Below are positions 39,105 through 48,658 of a DNA stretch of 55,791 nucleotides, piece after piece. The stretch is from a virus (Duplodnaviria > Caudoviricetes). A model generated the notes under the pieces. It did no database searches. It was not told the DNA's origin and saw only the letters and a program-made list of their open reading frames with translations. How positions within the stretch are numbered: position 1 is the stretch's first letter; each line of letters starts with the position of its first letter. The translations under genes and the position numbers were made by a program. Location of the stretch: the IMG/VR virus record IMGVR_UViG_3300031841_002239, positions 1 through 55,791 of that record; one strand, written 5' to 3'.

Positions 39105-40660
39105 AGATTTTTATAGTAATCGATCTTACGACCAACGTAATTAAAGATGTGGTCTATTTGTGCTTGGGTATAGTTTAGCCTGGCTTTATAAAACTTTTCT
39201 GGATCGGTTTCCTTATTGACAGAGTCTAAATCAAAATTTAAGGCTTTAGCAACAATATGATCCCATCCAGAAAATGTATGTATGCCCCTTTTTGAATTGT
39301 ATGTATGCAATAATTTACACATTTGCTTTGCAGTCTTTACGTTAGCATGTTCATGACTCCAAAATAAACTAGTATCCTGAGTATGATGATAGTATCCTGG
39401 TTGATTACCTAAAAATTTTATTCCAAATTTTTCTGGTTGTCTAGAGAATTCACTGGCATGTTCTGAATTTACATGGGACGAACTCCTCCCTATCATCAAA
39501 GGATAAAAATCTACACCATCTAATAAATTCTCTTGGGTTACTATCTTCATAGTTTCTTTTATATGACTTAAAGGTTCTTTAGGCAACCCCACAATGACAG
39601 ATGCGTTGTATCTCCAATGTGGGTACTTTTTTCTTATATGTCTAAAAAAATTAAAAATGTCTTCTCTTTTAATTCTTTTTCTTACAACTTTATTTGCTTC
39701 CTCATGAAAAGATTCTAATCCAAACCAAGCATTTTGAAATCCACATTTATCTAATAATGGCAATACATGTTTTTTTCTCATAAGCAGATCAAATCGAATA
39801 AATCCGCCAATGTTTGGTTTATAGTCTAATAACTCGGTAGCATCTTTGAGAACCATTAGTTTTTCTTCATCTTCATTTACAGTATCATCTTGTATAGAAA
39901 AATTTGTTATTCCAAATTTGTCTTTGGCAGTTTGCATATACTCATATATTTGATGAGCTTTAGATGTAGTAACTTTTTTAGCACCTCTATATTCAAAACT
40001 ACAAAACGTACAATTAAATTTACAACCTATTCTTAATTCCATTTGAATAACATCATGTTTAGTTAAACAATAATCATCATACAATTTAGGTATAATTGGC
40101 TCCTCTTGTACATCTGAGGTTTTAGGAGATAGTCTTTTAAATTTGCCTATAGGCATCATATGGTCATCTATATCTATTTCATTGTCTAACCATTGTTCTA
40201 AAATATGTAATGCCCTGCCAGAAAAAATATAATTTGGATATATAGAGTTTTTATCATTACTTTCTTTGTACATTGGTGTTGGTCCACCTACTATAAACAT
40301 AAATTCTATATCTTTATCTAAAAGTATTTTTAAAACTTTTTGTATAACATGATTTGGATTAAGTATATCTATAGGACTTAAAGCACTTAAACAAATAATA
40401 GGTTTACTAAAATTATTTTTTTCTAGCCATGTGGTAATGCAATATTCTAATTGGTCTACTGTAAACCAATCTGTATAATTAATTACTGTGCTGGGTATAT
40501 TTCTTTCTTTGAAAACATCATTCAATCCAAATGGAGCAAGTGGTCTCATTATAAATGGATACCAATCGTCGTGTATAGTATTTTCTTTCTGATATGGCGT
40601 AGAGTAATTTGTAAACTCTAATATAATTGCATTATCTATATCTTGGATGTCAGAAATCAT
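39101..40660 (-). CDS. Radical SAM protein with degenerate B12-binding-like N-terminus
   Basis: GCKFNCTFC, QDDT, FGLES and IVGLP motifs; ATG 5 nt after TAAATA (40666-40671). Confidence 0.85.
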   Translation of the reverse strand: MISDIQDIDNAIILEFTNYSTPYQKENTIHDDWYPFIMRPLAPFGLNDVFKERNIPSTVINYTDWFTVDQLEYCITTWLEKNNFSKPIICLSALSPIDILNPNHVIQKVLKILLDKDIEFMFIVGGPTPMYKESNDKNSIYPNYIFSGRALHILEQWLDNEIDIDDHMMPIGKFKRLSPKTSDVQEEPIIPKLYDDYCLTKHDVIQMELRIGCKFNCTFCSFEYRGAKKVTTSKAHQIYEYMQTAKDKFGITNFSIQDDTVNEDEEKLMVLKDATELLDYKPNIGGFIRFDLLMRKKHVLPLLDKCGFQNAWFGLESFHEEANKVVRKRIKREDIFNFFRHIRKKYPHWRYNASVIVGLPKEPLSHIKETMKIVTQENLLDGVDFYPLMIGRSSSHVNSEHASEFSRQPEKFGIKFLGNQPGYYHHTQDTSLFWSHEHANVKTAKQMCKLLHTYNSKRGIHTFSGWDHIVAKALNFDLDSVNKETDPEKFYKARLNYTQAQIDHIFNYVGRKIDYYKNL

Positions 40661-40671
40661 GCAACTATTTA

Positions 40672-41595
40672 TTACATACTATTCATTTGTAATTCAATCA
40701 ACGTTGCTGAAAGATTAATTTCTGGGTCAGCACATAAACTGCTCTTGGCCATGCCATTTCTGATAATAACGACTGCTTGATCTTGTTGCTGTTCTGTGTT
40801 GCCCCATAGCTCTAAGTTTCTATACATAAACTTGTATATGTCATCATACTCTTCTGGTCTTGCTTGGTTGCAAATTAATGTTCTGGCATCTTTGTACTTG
40901 CCTGCCTTAAACATTTCAATAGCACTCAGCATCCAATCACTAGATGCTTTATCTCCGTCTTGGGGACGTTGTAGAGTGCCTTCTATTACATTTTGCTGTA
41001 CCAAGTTAATACTTTTACGCAAGTCAGGATAACTTGCTTGTACATAAGTGTCTAGTGTTTCTAAATCTACTTCCACATTTTCATCAATACAAATTTGTGC
41101 CAGCCTGGCTGTAAACTCTGTTATGTCTAACTTTTCAATATGGAAGCCTTGACATCTACTATGTAGTGCAGGAATAATCCTCTGCGGATAATTACAAGTT
41201 AAAATAAATCTACAACTAGTGTGATACATTTCCATTACACCACGAAGTGCCGCCTGACCATTAGGAGTAATATAATCTGCTTCGTCTAGGAGGACGTATT
41301 TTATATCGCCAAACGGCATAGTGGATGAAAAATTTGTAATCTTTGTTCTTATGGTTTCAACATTGTTCTCATTACTGGCATTTATTTCCAGTATGTCCAT
41401 ACTGTCTATGTCAAGTTCTGCAAGTAAAACTTTTGCTAGTGTTGTCTTACCTGTTCCGGGGGCACCACTGAATAGCAAGTGTGGTAGTGCCCCTTCTTCG
41501 ACCCAGCCACTTACCTGCTGGCGTTGACCCTCATCTCGAAACACATAGGTACCTATGCTTGAGGGTCTGTATTTCTCTGTCCAAAGTTCTTTCAA
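40672..41595 (-). CDS. Clamp loader AAA+ subunit (RFC small / T4 gp44-like)
   Basis: WTEKYRP, GAPGTGKTT, INASN, DEAD, SRC and DLRK motifs. Confidence 0.93.
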   Translation of the reverse strand: MKELWTEKYRPSSIGTYVFRDEGQRQQVSGWVEEGALPHLLFSGAPGTGKTTLAKVLLAELDIDSMDILEINASNENNVETIRTKITNFSSTMPFGDIKYVLLDEADYITPNGQAALRGVMEMYHTSCRFILTCNYPQRIIPALHSRCQGFHIEKLDITEFTARLAQICIDENVEVDLETLDTYVQASYPDLRKSINLVQQNVIEGTLQRPQDGDKASSDWMLSAIEMFKAGKYKDARTLICNQARPEEYDDIYKFMYRNLELWGNTEQQQDQAVVIIRNGMAKSSLCADPEINLSATLIELQMNSM

Positions 41596-41870
41596 TGTAT
41601 CACCTTTTTTGTTTCTTCGTTTAAATCGTCTACCAACACACTAACGTCTTCATCTGATAGTCCTTCCCATTCTAGGAATTTGTTTGATGTAATGTCTTCC
41701 ATTATAGCACTAAACTCTTCAGGGTCAAGTCTTCTTTTTAATTGTTTTATGGATACTGCTAACATAACACTTGCAACACTTATAGGATCGATACCTTCTG
41801 CCATTTGATCTTCAAATACAAAAGTTAATGTATCTATAAGATCTTGCAGTTCTTGATCAGTTACTATCAT
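41592..41870 (-). CDS. Hypothetical protein
   Basis: 92 aa acidic ORF. Confidence 0.6.
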   Translation of the reverse strand: MIVTDQELQDLIDTLTFVFEDQMAEGIDPISVASVMLAVSIKQLKRRLDPEEFSAIMEDITSNKFLEWEGLSDEDVSVLVDDLNEETKKVIH

Positions 41871-42027
41871 TTGTTTGATCCTTTTTTGCGTCTAGTTTTT
41901 CAAAAGTTTTAGTATACCATGCATTACTACAATAAGCATCACAAAATACATTCAGTTTATCAGGAGTATAATATTTTACATCGTTAAGTGCTACGGTCTT
42001 TTTACACTCACTGCACTTAGCAAACAT
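41857..42027 (-). CDS. Small zinc-finger-like protein, 56 aa
   Basis: Not in track. MFAKCSECKKTVALNDVKYYTPDKLNVFCDAYCSNAWYTKTFEKLDAKKDQTNDSN; CxxC...FCxxxC. Confidence 0.65.
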   Translation of the reverse strand: MFAKCSECKKTVALNDVKYYTPDKLNVFCDAYCSNAWYTKTFEKLDAKKDQTNDSN

Positions 42028-42267
42028 TTAACTTCCAATAAAACCTGTAGATTCTATATCGTGGTAATCACCGTCTCTTGTAAACTTTCTTACAATAGTA
42101 GTTACCTTAACACCATGCTGAGTGTACTCATAACTTTTAAATTCTTGCTGTAATAAATTGTCTCTTGGTTGCTCAAATATAAGATCGTTTCTGTAATCTG
42201 AAATTACTCTTGTGCCAGTTTTTTCTCTGTTGTATTCTGCGACAGGGTTTACTGCTGTTTTGGTCAT
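42028..42267 (-). CDS. Hypothetical protein
   Basis: 79 aa; AGGAG RBS and own promoter. Confidence 0.65.
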   Translation of the reverse strand: MTKTAVNPVAEYNREKTGTRVISDYRNDLIFEQPRDNLLQQEFKSYEYTQHGVKVTTIVRKFTRDGDYHDIESTGFIGS

Positions 42268-42290
42268 TACATTCTCCTATTTAAGTGTAT

Positions 42291-42318
42291 ATTATACACT
42301 ATTAAGAATGATTGTCAA
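42291..42318 (-). promoter_or_regulatory. Sigma70-type promoter
   Basis: TTGACA-N16-TATAAT. Confidence 0.7.
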
Positions 42319-43651
42319 GTAATATTTCCATTAAATTTGATTGGCTGTTCCACCAAAACTCTTTACTTCGTACAAGTTTATTATTTTTTTCTACCCTTGC
42401 AATCATGTCGTGATCTGGTTTAGGGAAGTTCCTAGCACAGTCTAGCATTTTATCTATCCTAACAATATCATCTTGCTCACTGTCATAATCGTATGTGTAG
42501 TAATCAGTTAGCATATCGAATCCTAACTCTTCTAATATCTTTACAGTTCCTGCTCTGCCATTTATAAATATAGGTTTACAATACAAAAATCCTTTTAAAA
42601 TCTTTTCGTCCCAATCTCCTACATAATAAGGTTTAAGTGGATTAATAGGTTCTTCAGTAGTTTTGCCTGTAACTGTTTGTTGTGGTATATAAATGTATAC
42701 TTTATCCATAAGATCGTGTGGGAAAGCATCATACCAAGATTTATGCTTCATGCTATGATCTCCACGATCTTGATTTATTCTGTCTAAATTAAACGACCTG
42801 TTCCAGGGATAACTCATTTGCCTAGGTGTTTTGCCAAACAAGTCAAAATATTCTTCTACATAAGAAAAGAAATCTGTATCAGTAATTTGTATAAATCTAT
42901 CCATCTCATGCCATTGGCTGAACTTATTCATACTCCACTCAGTATCATCTAACATTCCTTTGTGATGCATTTTTACAATACCCATTGCTCTGTTTGGTCT
43001 AAACACATTATTAGGACAAAAATATCGTATAGGATACTCTTTGCCTGGAACTAAATTTCTAAATCCACTTTTGAGACTAGGATCTTCGTCCATAGCATCG
43101 AACAATGCAAGTCCGCCTAGACATGAATAATTACTTATAATCTGTCTAAAGCCAATTTTATCTAATACATTAGTTCTATTCCAAGACAATGTGCTACAGT
43201 AAAACTGCCCAACATCTAAGCCTTGTAAAATATCAATTTGTGTTTCAGTATCCAGAAAGTTTCCAGGGAATATAGTTTCATTATTATAATCCCATACTAC
43301 TGCTATCTTGTGAGGATTGTTTGGGTCTGCCAGAATTTCTAAATCATGTAAAATTTCTTTATAAAAATTATTAAACCATCTCCATGTAGGGAAATGCATA
43401 GGCACCCATACTACGTTAAGCCAACCCTCTTCCTCAAATACTTCTTCTAATTTAGGATAGCAATAACTTATTTGCGGTGTTACAGAAACTTTAAACTCTA
43501 TAGGTGTTTCAAATTCAGGATCTATAGGACATTCATATTTTTCAAAATGCTTGTAAAACTCATATGTATGAGAAGATTCTGTTGTAGGCATTCCGGGCTC
43601 TTGTATGTCATTAGTCATAAAATGCCGTAGGAAAATATGATTTACTTTCAT
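42302..43651 (-). CDS. Hypothetical protein, putative glycosyltransferase-like
   Basis: C-terminal EK-x-x-K...KPIFING...LEELGF...YDYD pattern; coupled to ugd. Confidence 0.5.
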   Translation of the reverse strand: MKVNHIFLRHFMTNDIQEPGMPTTESSHTYEFYKHFEKYECPIDPEFETPIEFKVSVTPQISYCYPKLEEVFEEEGWLNVVWVPMHFPTWRWFNNFYKEILHDLEILADPNNPHKIAVVWDYNNETIFPGNFLDTETQIDILQGLDVGQFYCSTLSWNRTNVLDKIGFRQIISNYSCLGGLALFDAMDEDPSLKSGFRNLVPGKEYPIRYFCPNNVFRPNRAMGIVKMHHKGMLDDTEWSMNKFSQWHEMDRFIQITDTDFFSYVEEYFDLFGKTPRQMSYPWNRSFNLDRINQDRGDHSMKHKSWYDAFPHDLMDKVYIYIPQQTVTGKTTEEPINPLKPYYVGDWDEKILKGFLYCKPIFINGRAGTVKILEELGFDMLTDYYTYDYDSEQDDIVRIDKMLDCARNFPKPDHDMIARVEKNNKLVRSKEFWWNSQSNLMEILLDNHS

Positions 43652-44457
43652 TATTTGCTTCTTTGAGTTTTATTTTTATCTATTGCTTTCTTTAATATAG
43701 ATAAATCTGTTTTTTTAAGTTTACTGTAATAAACTAATGCCTCTGTGTCTTTAGGAAAACAATGACCACCAAAGCCAAACTTACCGTCTGTGCCAGGTAC
43801 TGACATATGAGTATCTCCTATACGGCCATCTTGTGATAACATTTCGGTAAAGTTCTCCCAAGGTACTTTGGTGCCACTAGCCATATGCAATTCATACAGC
43901 TCATTAAAAAATGTAACTTTGGTTGCTAACCAACTATTAATAGTATATTTAATTAAACTTGCTGTGATAAGATCAACTTTAAATGTTGGCACAATTTTTA
44001 CTGAACTATGTCTAACGTATGCTTTCTCTACAGTATCACAATCCTTCCACTTACCACCTAATACTTGCATATTTGGATTTATAAAATCTTCAAAACTATT
44101 TGCTTCTGTTAAAAATTCAGGATTGTAAACTATTTTTAAAACAAAGTCCTTTTTCATTTTTATTAAATGATCTGGAGTAATTGTACTTTTTATAACTACA
44201 ATTCCTTTGTATTGCAAGTCAGATAATTCGCCTAACACTTGTCTAACTGAACTTACGTCTACGTCCATGTGACTGTCTTGCTTAGGTGTAGGAACACATA
44301 CAAACACAATTGATGTATTAAAGTTAACTAATTGAGATATAGTGTTGTTGTTTAGTTTTGTATCAACTATAAATTGGTCTACATTTTTATCAAAGCCATT
44401 AGAAACTGCGGAACCTACAAAACCTTTTCCTATTATTCCTAACTTTAATGTATTCAT
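43651..44457 (-). CDS. ugd: UDP-glucose/GDP-mannose 6-dehydrogenase (short form)
   Basis: GKGFVG, CVPTP, IKST, NPEFL and GFGGHCFPKD motifs; lacks the C-terminal domain. Confidence 0.88.
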   Translation of the reverse strand: MNTLKLGIIGKGFVGSAVSNGFDKNVDQFIVDTKLNNNTISQLVNFNTSIVFVCVPTPKQDSHMDVDVSSVRQVLGELSDLQYKGIVVIKSTITPDHLIKMKKDFVLKIVYNPEFLTEANSFEDFINPNMQVLGGKWKDCDTVEKAYVRHSSVKIVPTFKVDLITASLIKYTINSWLATKVTFFNELYELHMASGTKVPWENFTEMLSQDGRIGDTHMSVPGTDGKFGFGGHCFPKDTEALVYYSKLKKTDLSILKKAIDKNKTQRSK

Positions 44458-44727
44458 TTAATCCACATAAGGTATGCTGTCGTGTTTTCCTGATATTCGG
44501 TCTACTGCTTTATTAACCTTTTGCTCCGCAATCCATTCTTCCTCACCTGCATAGGTAGGACACTTTTCGCTTTCTAATATACGCTCACATTCCCATTTAA
44601 CTTCATATATTTTTTGCTTACATGCAAAGCCGTTAAATCCGTCTATACGTGGATCAGTCATAACACCAAACCATTGGTATAATTGTTCCTTAATTGTTTT
44701 TTTGCCTGTGCGTTCTATGTATGGCAT
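44458..44727 (-). CDS. Hypothetical protein (start reassigned to MPYIERT)
   Basis: TAATG coupling with the upstream small membrane ORF. Confidence 0.6.
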   Translation of the reverse strand: MPYIERTGKKTIKEQLYQWFGVMTDPRIDGFNGFACKQKIYEVKWECERILESEKCPTYAGEEEWIAEQKVNKAVDRISGKHDSIPYVD

Positions 44728-44894
44728 TATTTTTTTACTAACCCGTGTTCGTGCCCTACTGCTGATACAACAAGGAATGTTGATAGTATAAGCCACCATG
44801 GACTTAAATCTGCAAAAATTACTCCGGCAAGTATTGTTATACCTGTTGCACCTATTGTTGTAATGCCTGTCTTTTCTCCGCTACTTAACTTCAT
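44727..44894 (-). CDS. Small two-TM membrane protein, 55 aa
   Basis: Not in track. MKLSSGEKTGITTIGATGITILAGVIFADLSPWWLILSTFLVVSAVGHEHGLVKK; overlaps both neighbours by start/stop coupling. Confidence 0.65.
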   Translation of the reverse strand: MKLSSGEKTGITTIGATGITILAGVIFADLSPWWLILSTFLVVSAVGHEHGLVKK

Positions 44895-45253
44895 AATGTT
44901 TTCTTATGTTCAAATTCGTAACTTGCCGATTTTATATTAATCTGGTCGCTTGGTTTTTCGTCTGCAACTGCTAAACACCCTGCAGGGTCTACTTTCCAAA
45001 TCTCTTGGCCATTTTCCAACCTGTCATCTTTTACCTTAAATCCTTCTGTCCAACGGCCATATTCCACATATACCCATTGTCCTGGTTGTAAAAAATCTAC
45101 ATCAGGTCCTACATCAAAGACTTCCATCCATCTGGGAGTTACTCCAGATTCTTTACCTAATGTTTTTTTGATTATAATACCTGAGTTTGTTACAGTATCA
45201 CCAAAGTCGGCGTTAATGCAAAAGATATTATCAGTCCTTGGTCTTATCCTCAT
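44891..45253 (-). CDS. groES: GroES/Cpn10-like co-chaperonin
   Basis: IRPRTDNI, TNSGIII mobile loop, VFDVGPDV-x-x-LQPGQWV. Confidence 0.72.
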   Translation of the reverse strand: MRIRPRTDNIFCINADFGDTVTNSGIIIKKTLGKESGVTPRWMEVFDVGPDVDFLQPGQWVYVEYGRWTEGFKVKDDRLENGQEIWKVDPAGCLAVADEKPSDQINIKSASYEFEHKKTL

Positions 45254-45710
45254 CTGCTTCTTCCTCTGTGTAATAAGGAACCATTTCTATATCACCATTA
45301 GGAAGTTCAACTTCTTTAAAGCCTAGTGGCTCTTGACTGTCGAACGATTCTTCTTCAGGTGCTGTTGGTTCTGGTTCTTTTTTAGTTTGTGTGTCTGGTT
45401 GTACTTTACTAGTTCGTACATTTTCTTTAGCAGTTTTAGATGTTTTAACTTCTTGTAAGTTATCTTCCTGTGTAAATTCTACCTGTGGCGTATTGCCTTT
45501 AATACTTTGTTGTGCTGTGCTGGCCATAGGATTATCTTCATAATATGCTCTTACTCTTTCTTCAGCAGGAGTTAACACAACCCCGTCTGGTCCTAAAACA
45601 TTACCATGAGCATCAGTACCTGCATTTCCCACCGCAGGTCTATCTCCCTGTGAGGCAATTAAGGCATCCATATCTATAACTTGACCTTTGTTTGTTTTGC
45701 GTTGTACCAT
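45231..45710 (-). CDS. Hypothetical phage protein
   Basis: 159 aa; G-x-x-IDM...AVGN...A-x-G-x-x-LG-x-x-G motif and acidic tail. Confidence 0.65.
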   Translation of the reverse strand: MVQRKTNKGQVIDMDALIASQGDRPAVGNAGTDAHGNVLGPDGVVLTPAEERVRAYYEDNPMASTAQQSIKGNTPQVEFTQEDNLQEVKTSKTAKENVRTSKVQPDTQTKKEPEPTAPEEESFDSQEPLGFKEVELPNGDIEMVPYYTEEEADEDKTKD

Positions 45711-45711
45711 A

Positions 45712-46170
45712 TTATTTTAAAAATTCCTTTATGTCTAATCTATATTTATGACTATTGACCTTGTGGACCCCCAAAATATAGAGTAAATAACTGGAAACAC
45801 TACTACCTCTGCCTACACCCCATACTAAATTATGTTTACGCATTGTATCAACAATCCATATTAATAACTGTAGTACAGGGAATAAACCTCGTTCTTTATA
45901 CATTTCTAACTCCATCTCTACTCTCCCTATCTCGTCGGGATCACGTTGTATAAGTTTGTCATGTATATACTTCTCAACATCTAGTTCTTTGTAATGCTGT
46001 GGTATATTAAATTCTTTACTGATTCTGGAAACATCACTTATATCGTTGAGTTCCAGTTCTTTAGCAACTTTATTGAATTGTTTAATATCCACAAATGCAA
46101 TATCAGATATATCCTCACCTCTATAGAGTAATTCAATACCAGTTTGCTCGTCGGCTAGATAGTTTTCCAT
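45712..46170 (-). CDS. Truncated DNA polymerase III alpha (DnaE) palm-like protein
   Basis: RVEMEL...WGVGRGSSVSSYLLYILGVHKVN matches DnaE GxGRGS; ends before the PDID catalytic motif. Confidence 0.75.
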   Translation of the reverse strand: MENYLADEQTGIELLYRGEDISDIAFVDIKQFNKVAKELELNDISDVSRISKEFNIPQHYKELDVEKYIHDKLIQRDPDEIGRVEMELEMYKERGLFPVLQLLIWIVDTMRKHNLVWGVGRGSSVSSYLLYILGVHKVNSHKYRLDIKEFLK

Positions 46171-46176
46171 AAGTAT

Positions 46177-46205
46177 ATTATATATGAAAAATATGTAAAA
46201 GTCAA
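46177..46205 (-). promoter_or_regulatory. Sigma70-type promoter, ATG 6 nt after the -10 box
   Basis: TTGACT-N17-TATAAT-ATACTT-ATG. Confidence 0.72.
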
Positions 46206-46206
46206 T

Positions 46207-46977
46207 CTATTTGTCTTTGGGTACCAGTTTAGGTTTAAACTTTTTATTCTTAAAGTCTACTTCTAGTAATTCACCACTTGAAGTGTCTGCGCCACTTTCT
46301 TCAATAACGTCTTTTATTTCTTTTCCGTAAATGTCTGCGATCACTTGTCCTTCTATCTGTGCAAGTGGCTCTTCCATTCTTTTTAATATGTCTTGATTTA
46401 TATCTTTATTAAAGAACTCCTCTTTTTCTTCTTTGCTACTTGCTATATTATCAAATGTGCTGAAGTCTCTTCTACGCCACCAGGGAGTTTCCCAAAAGCT
46501 CAGTTCGCCTATCCATTCTGAAATAGTAGGCAACTGATCGTATTCGTCATCGTCTGCAAACATACTATATGCTATGCCATCAATTTTGTCTTTTATGCTG
46601 ATACTTTCTACAAAACTATTTTCGTGACAAATATAATTTAACTTACAATGTAGTGCCATAGCCAAACAGGCGTCACTTAAATCCGGCAGTATTAAAAAGT
46701 TGTTATCATGACTTGCAAATGCTCTTTCGACGACAGCCTTACTGTCCATATCATATACAATACTCTGATGTAATTGATCATATAAAAAGGAATTAATTGT
46801 ACTAAAACTAATATTTTGTTGTAGGAATGCCTGCTTACGAGTTTCTGTTTCCTCTACATTAGTCCTTAAACTGTATTCTATTTCATATGTACAAGACTTT
46901 ACTTGTCGTCTATCTTCGTTATCATAAACCCATACCATGTGTACTGGTATGTTTTTAGTTATTTGCATTATGTTCAT
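46207..46977 (-). CDS. Hypothetical phage protein
   Basis: 256 aa ORF with PWW-x-R-x-D motif. Confidence 0.7.
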   Translation of the reverse strand: MNIMQITKNIPVHMVWVYDNEDRRQVKSCTYEIEYSLRTNVEETETRKQAFLQQNISFSTINSFLYDQLHQSIVYDMDSKAVVERAFASHDNNFLILPDLSDACLAMALHCKLNYICHENSFVESISIKDKIDGIAYSMFADDDEYDQLPTISEWIGELSFWETPWWRRRDFSTFDNIASSKEEKEEFFNKDINQDILKRMEEPLAQIEGQVIADIYGKEIKDVIEESGADTSSGELLEVDFKNKKFKPKLVPKDK

Positions 46978-47402
46978 TTTGTTGCTCCAAATTTAGGTAC
47001 TTCTATTGTAAACTCTGAACTTGGTTGTGGTTGCTGTTCTACTTTAGGTTGTGATACCGTCTCTGCTCTTTGTTCTGGTGTTACTGTTAAAGGTTTCTTT
47101 TCCTTCTTTTGTGTGTAAAAGTTACTAAGTGTAGTTAAAAGTTCTTGTTCTGAATACTCTGGTGTATATACAACAGATTCTATCTCTCCTATCTCCAATA
47201 CGTCTGGAGTCTTGTCATTATTTTCTATAATTACTGCCATAAGATCAGATTGCCTTTCACTACACATGTCCAACATTCCTCTTACCTGTTGAAACATGGG
47301 AGAGTTTTGATCCATTTTATATAATTTGTCGTTAAGTTTTTTAATCTCTTCAAACAGTTTATCTGAATCCATTTCCTGGATCTTTTCCCAATAATCACTC
47401 AT
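46974..47402 (-). CDS. Hypothetical protein
   Basis: 142 aa ORF, coupled. Confidence 0.65.
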   Translation of the reverse strand: MSDYWEKIQEMDSDKLFEEIKKLNDKLYKMDQNSPMFQQVRGMLDMCSERQSDLMAVIIENNDKTPDVLEIGEIESVVYTPEYSEQELLTTLSNFYTQKKEKKPLTVTPEQRAETVSQPKVEQQPQPSSEFTIEVPKFGATK

Positions 47403-47643
47403 CGTCGTTAAAGTTCATTTTAAACATTGCTAAGAATGTTTTTGTTCTAAATCTTACCTCATACATAGTTACTTGAAAATCTTCCATAGGCCTTAACCCC
47501 ATACTGAGACATACACCACTAACACTTTGATTTAATTGCTTAGGTGTTCTTTTGGATAACTTAGCCTTAATAGTAAGTTGATGTGCGTTTTCCTTCCACG
47601 ACATCCAATTATCAAATCTTTCTAAATTAGTGCTCTTCTGCAT
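47395..47643 (-). CDS. Hypothetical protein
   Basis: 82 aa ORF, coupled. Confidence 0.55.
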   Translation of the reverse strand: MQKSTNLERFDNWMSWKENAHQLTIKAKLSKRTPKQLNQSVSGVCLSMGLRPMEDFQVTMYEVRFRTKTFLAMFKMNFNDDE

Positions 47644-48478
47644 AATAACTATCTAGTGTTGTTTCGTGTATATGTAAATATTGATTTCTTTGTCTAAAAA
47701 TAATATCTATTTCAGGTGTTACCCTAATAAAGTTTTCTATAGTATAACTTTGTTCGTTGCCCCAGGCTCTGCAATTATATGCTCTTATTTTGTAGTTTAA
47801 TTTTGTACCAAAATTTTGATGTATATTATGATTAAACACTTCTGGGTCTATGCCTACACTTAAAAAATATGCAGTTGAATCAAATACGTCATGCGTATCA
47901 CAAATAAGTGTAGGCACATTGTTTTGTGCTGTACGTTTATCCAGCATAATTGTAAATCTATTATTTTCGCAGGTTAATTTGCCGTAGTTGTCTGATACAT
48001 CTTTATACTTAAACCCTATCTGTAAATAATGATCTATAATATTTTCATTGTGGCAATTCATTTTAACTCCACTTATGTAATTAAGATGTTTAAGTGTCTT
48101 AGAGTCAGAGTCTATAATATCATAGTTCTCTTCTAAATTTGAATTGTAATGATTTATTTGTTTTTCTGTAAGCAGGTAAGTTTTAATTCCTATACCATTG
48201 TCTACAAAATAAAAATCAGTAGTAGTGTCGAGTGTTGCTTTTAAATTGAAAATATCATTATCGTTAGCATTGAAACCTATACCAGTTATGCATGGAGATC
48301 GTTTGGAATTATCTTTACGCAGAAGTAGTATGCAACTTTGTAGATTCCAAAATCCTGTACTGCCAGTATTATGTTGCGTTCTGTGTATAAAACCTAAACG
48401 TGTTAATTCAGTTTCTATTTTCTCTGTCTCTACAACTGAGGTGTCATAACTGATTTCTATAAAACTAAATTCTGCCAT
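47627..48478 (-). CDS. Degenerate VOC-fold protein resembling 4-hydroxyphenylpyruvate dioxygenase
   Basis: FSFIE, LGF-x5-H, PCITGIGF, GIG-x-x-x-YLL and QR motifs align by eye with HppD. Confidence 0.45.
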   Translation of the reverse strand: MAEFSFIEISYDTSVVETEKIETELTRLGFIHRTQHNTGSTGFWNLQSCILLLRKDNSKRSPCITGIGFNANDNDIFNLKATLDTTTDFYFVDNGIGIKTYLLTEKQINHYNSNLEENYDIIDSDSKTLKHLNYISGVKMNCHNENIIDHYLQIGFKYKDVSDNYGKLTCENNRFTIMLDKRTAQNNVPTLICDTHDVFDSTAYFLSVGIDPEVFNHNIHQNFGTKLNYKIRAYNCRAWGNEQSYTIENFIRVTPEIDIIFRQRNQYLHIHETTLDSYYAEEH

Positions 48479-48620
48479 CTTGTTTTTCTTCTTGTGTGTC
48501 TGATGTATCGCAACTGTTACAACAATCGTCAGTACCGCACTTATCGTGAAGTACTCCTTCCTCGTCGTATCCTTGCTCGTCTACCTTTTTGGGTATGTAA
48601 ACTTTTGGTTTTATCTCCAT
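48465..48620 (-). CDS. Small Cys-rich peptide, 51 aa
   Basis: Not in track. MEIKPKVYIPKKVDEQGYDEEGVLHDKCGTDDCCNSCDTSDTQEEKQDGRI; ATG 5 nt after TAAATA (48626-48631). Confidence 0.65.
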   Translation of the reverse strand: MEIKPKVYIPKKVDEQGYDEEGVLHDKCGTDDCCNSCDTSDTQEEKQDGRI

Positions 48621-48658
48621 ACTAATATTTAGCAGGAGAATTCCGTAGTTATAGCAGT

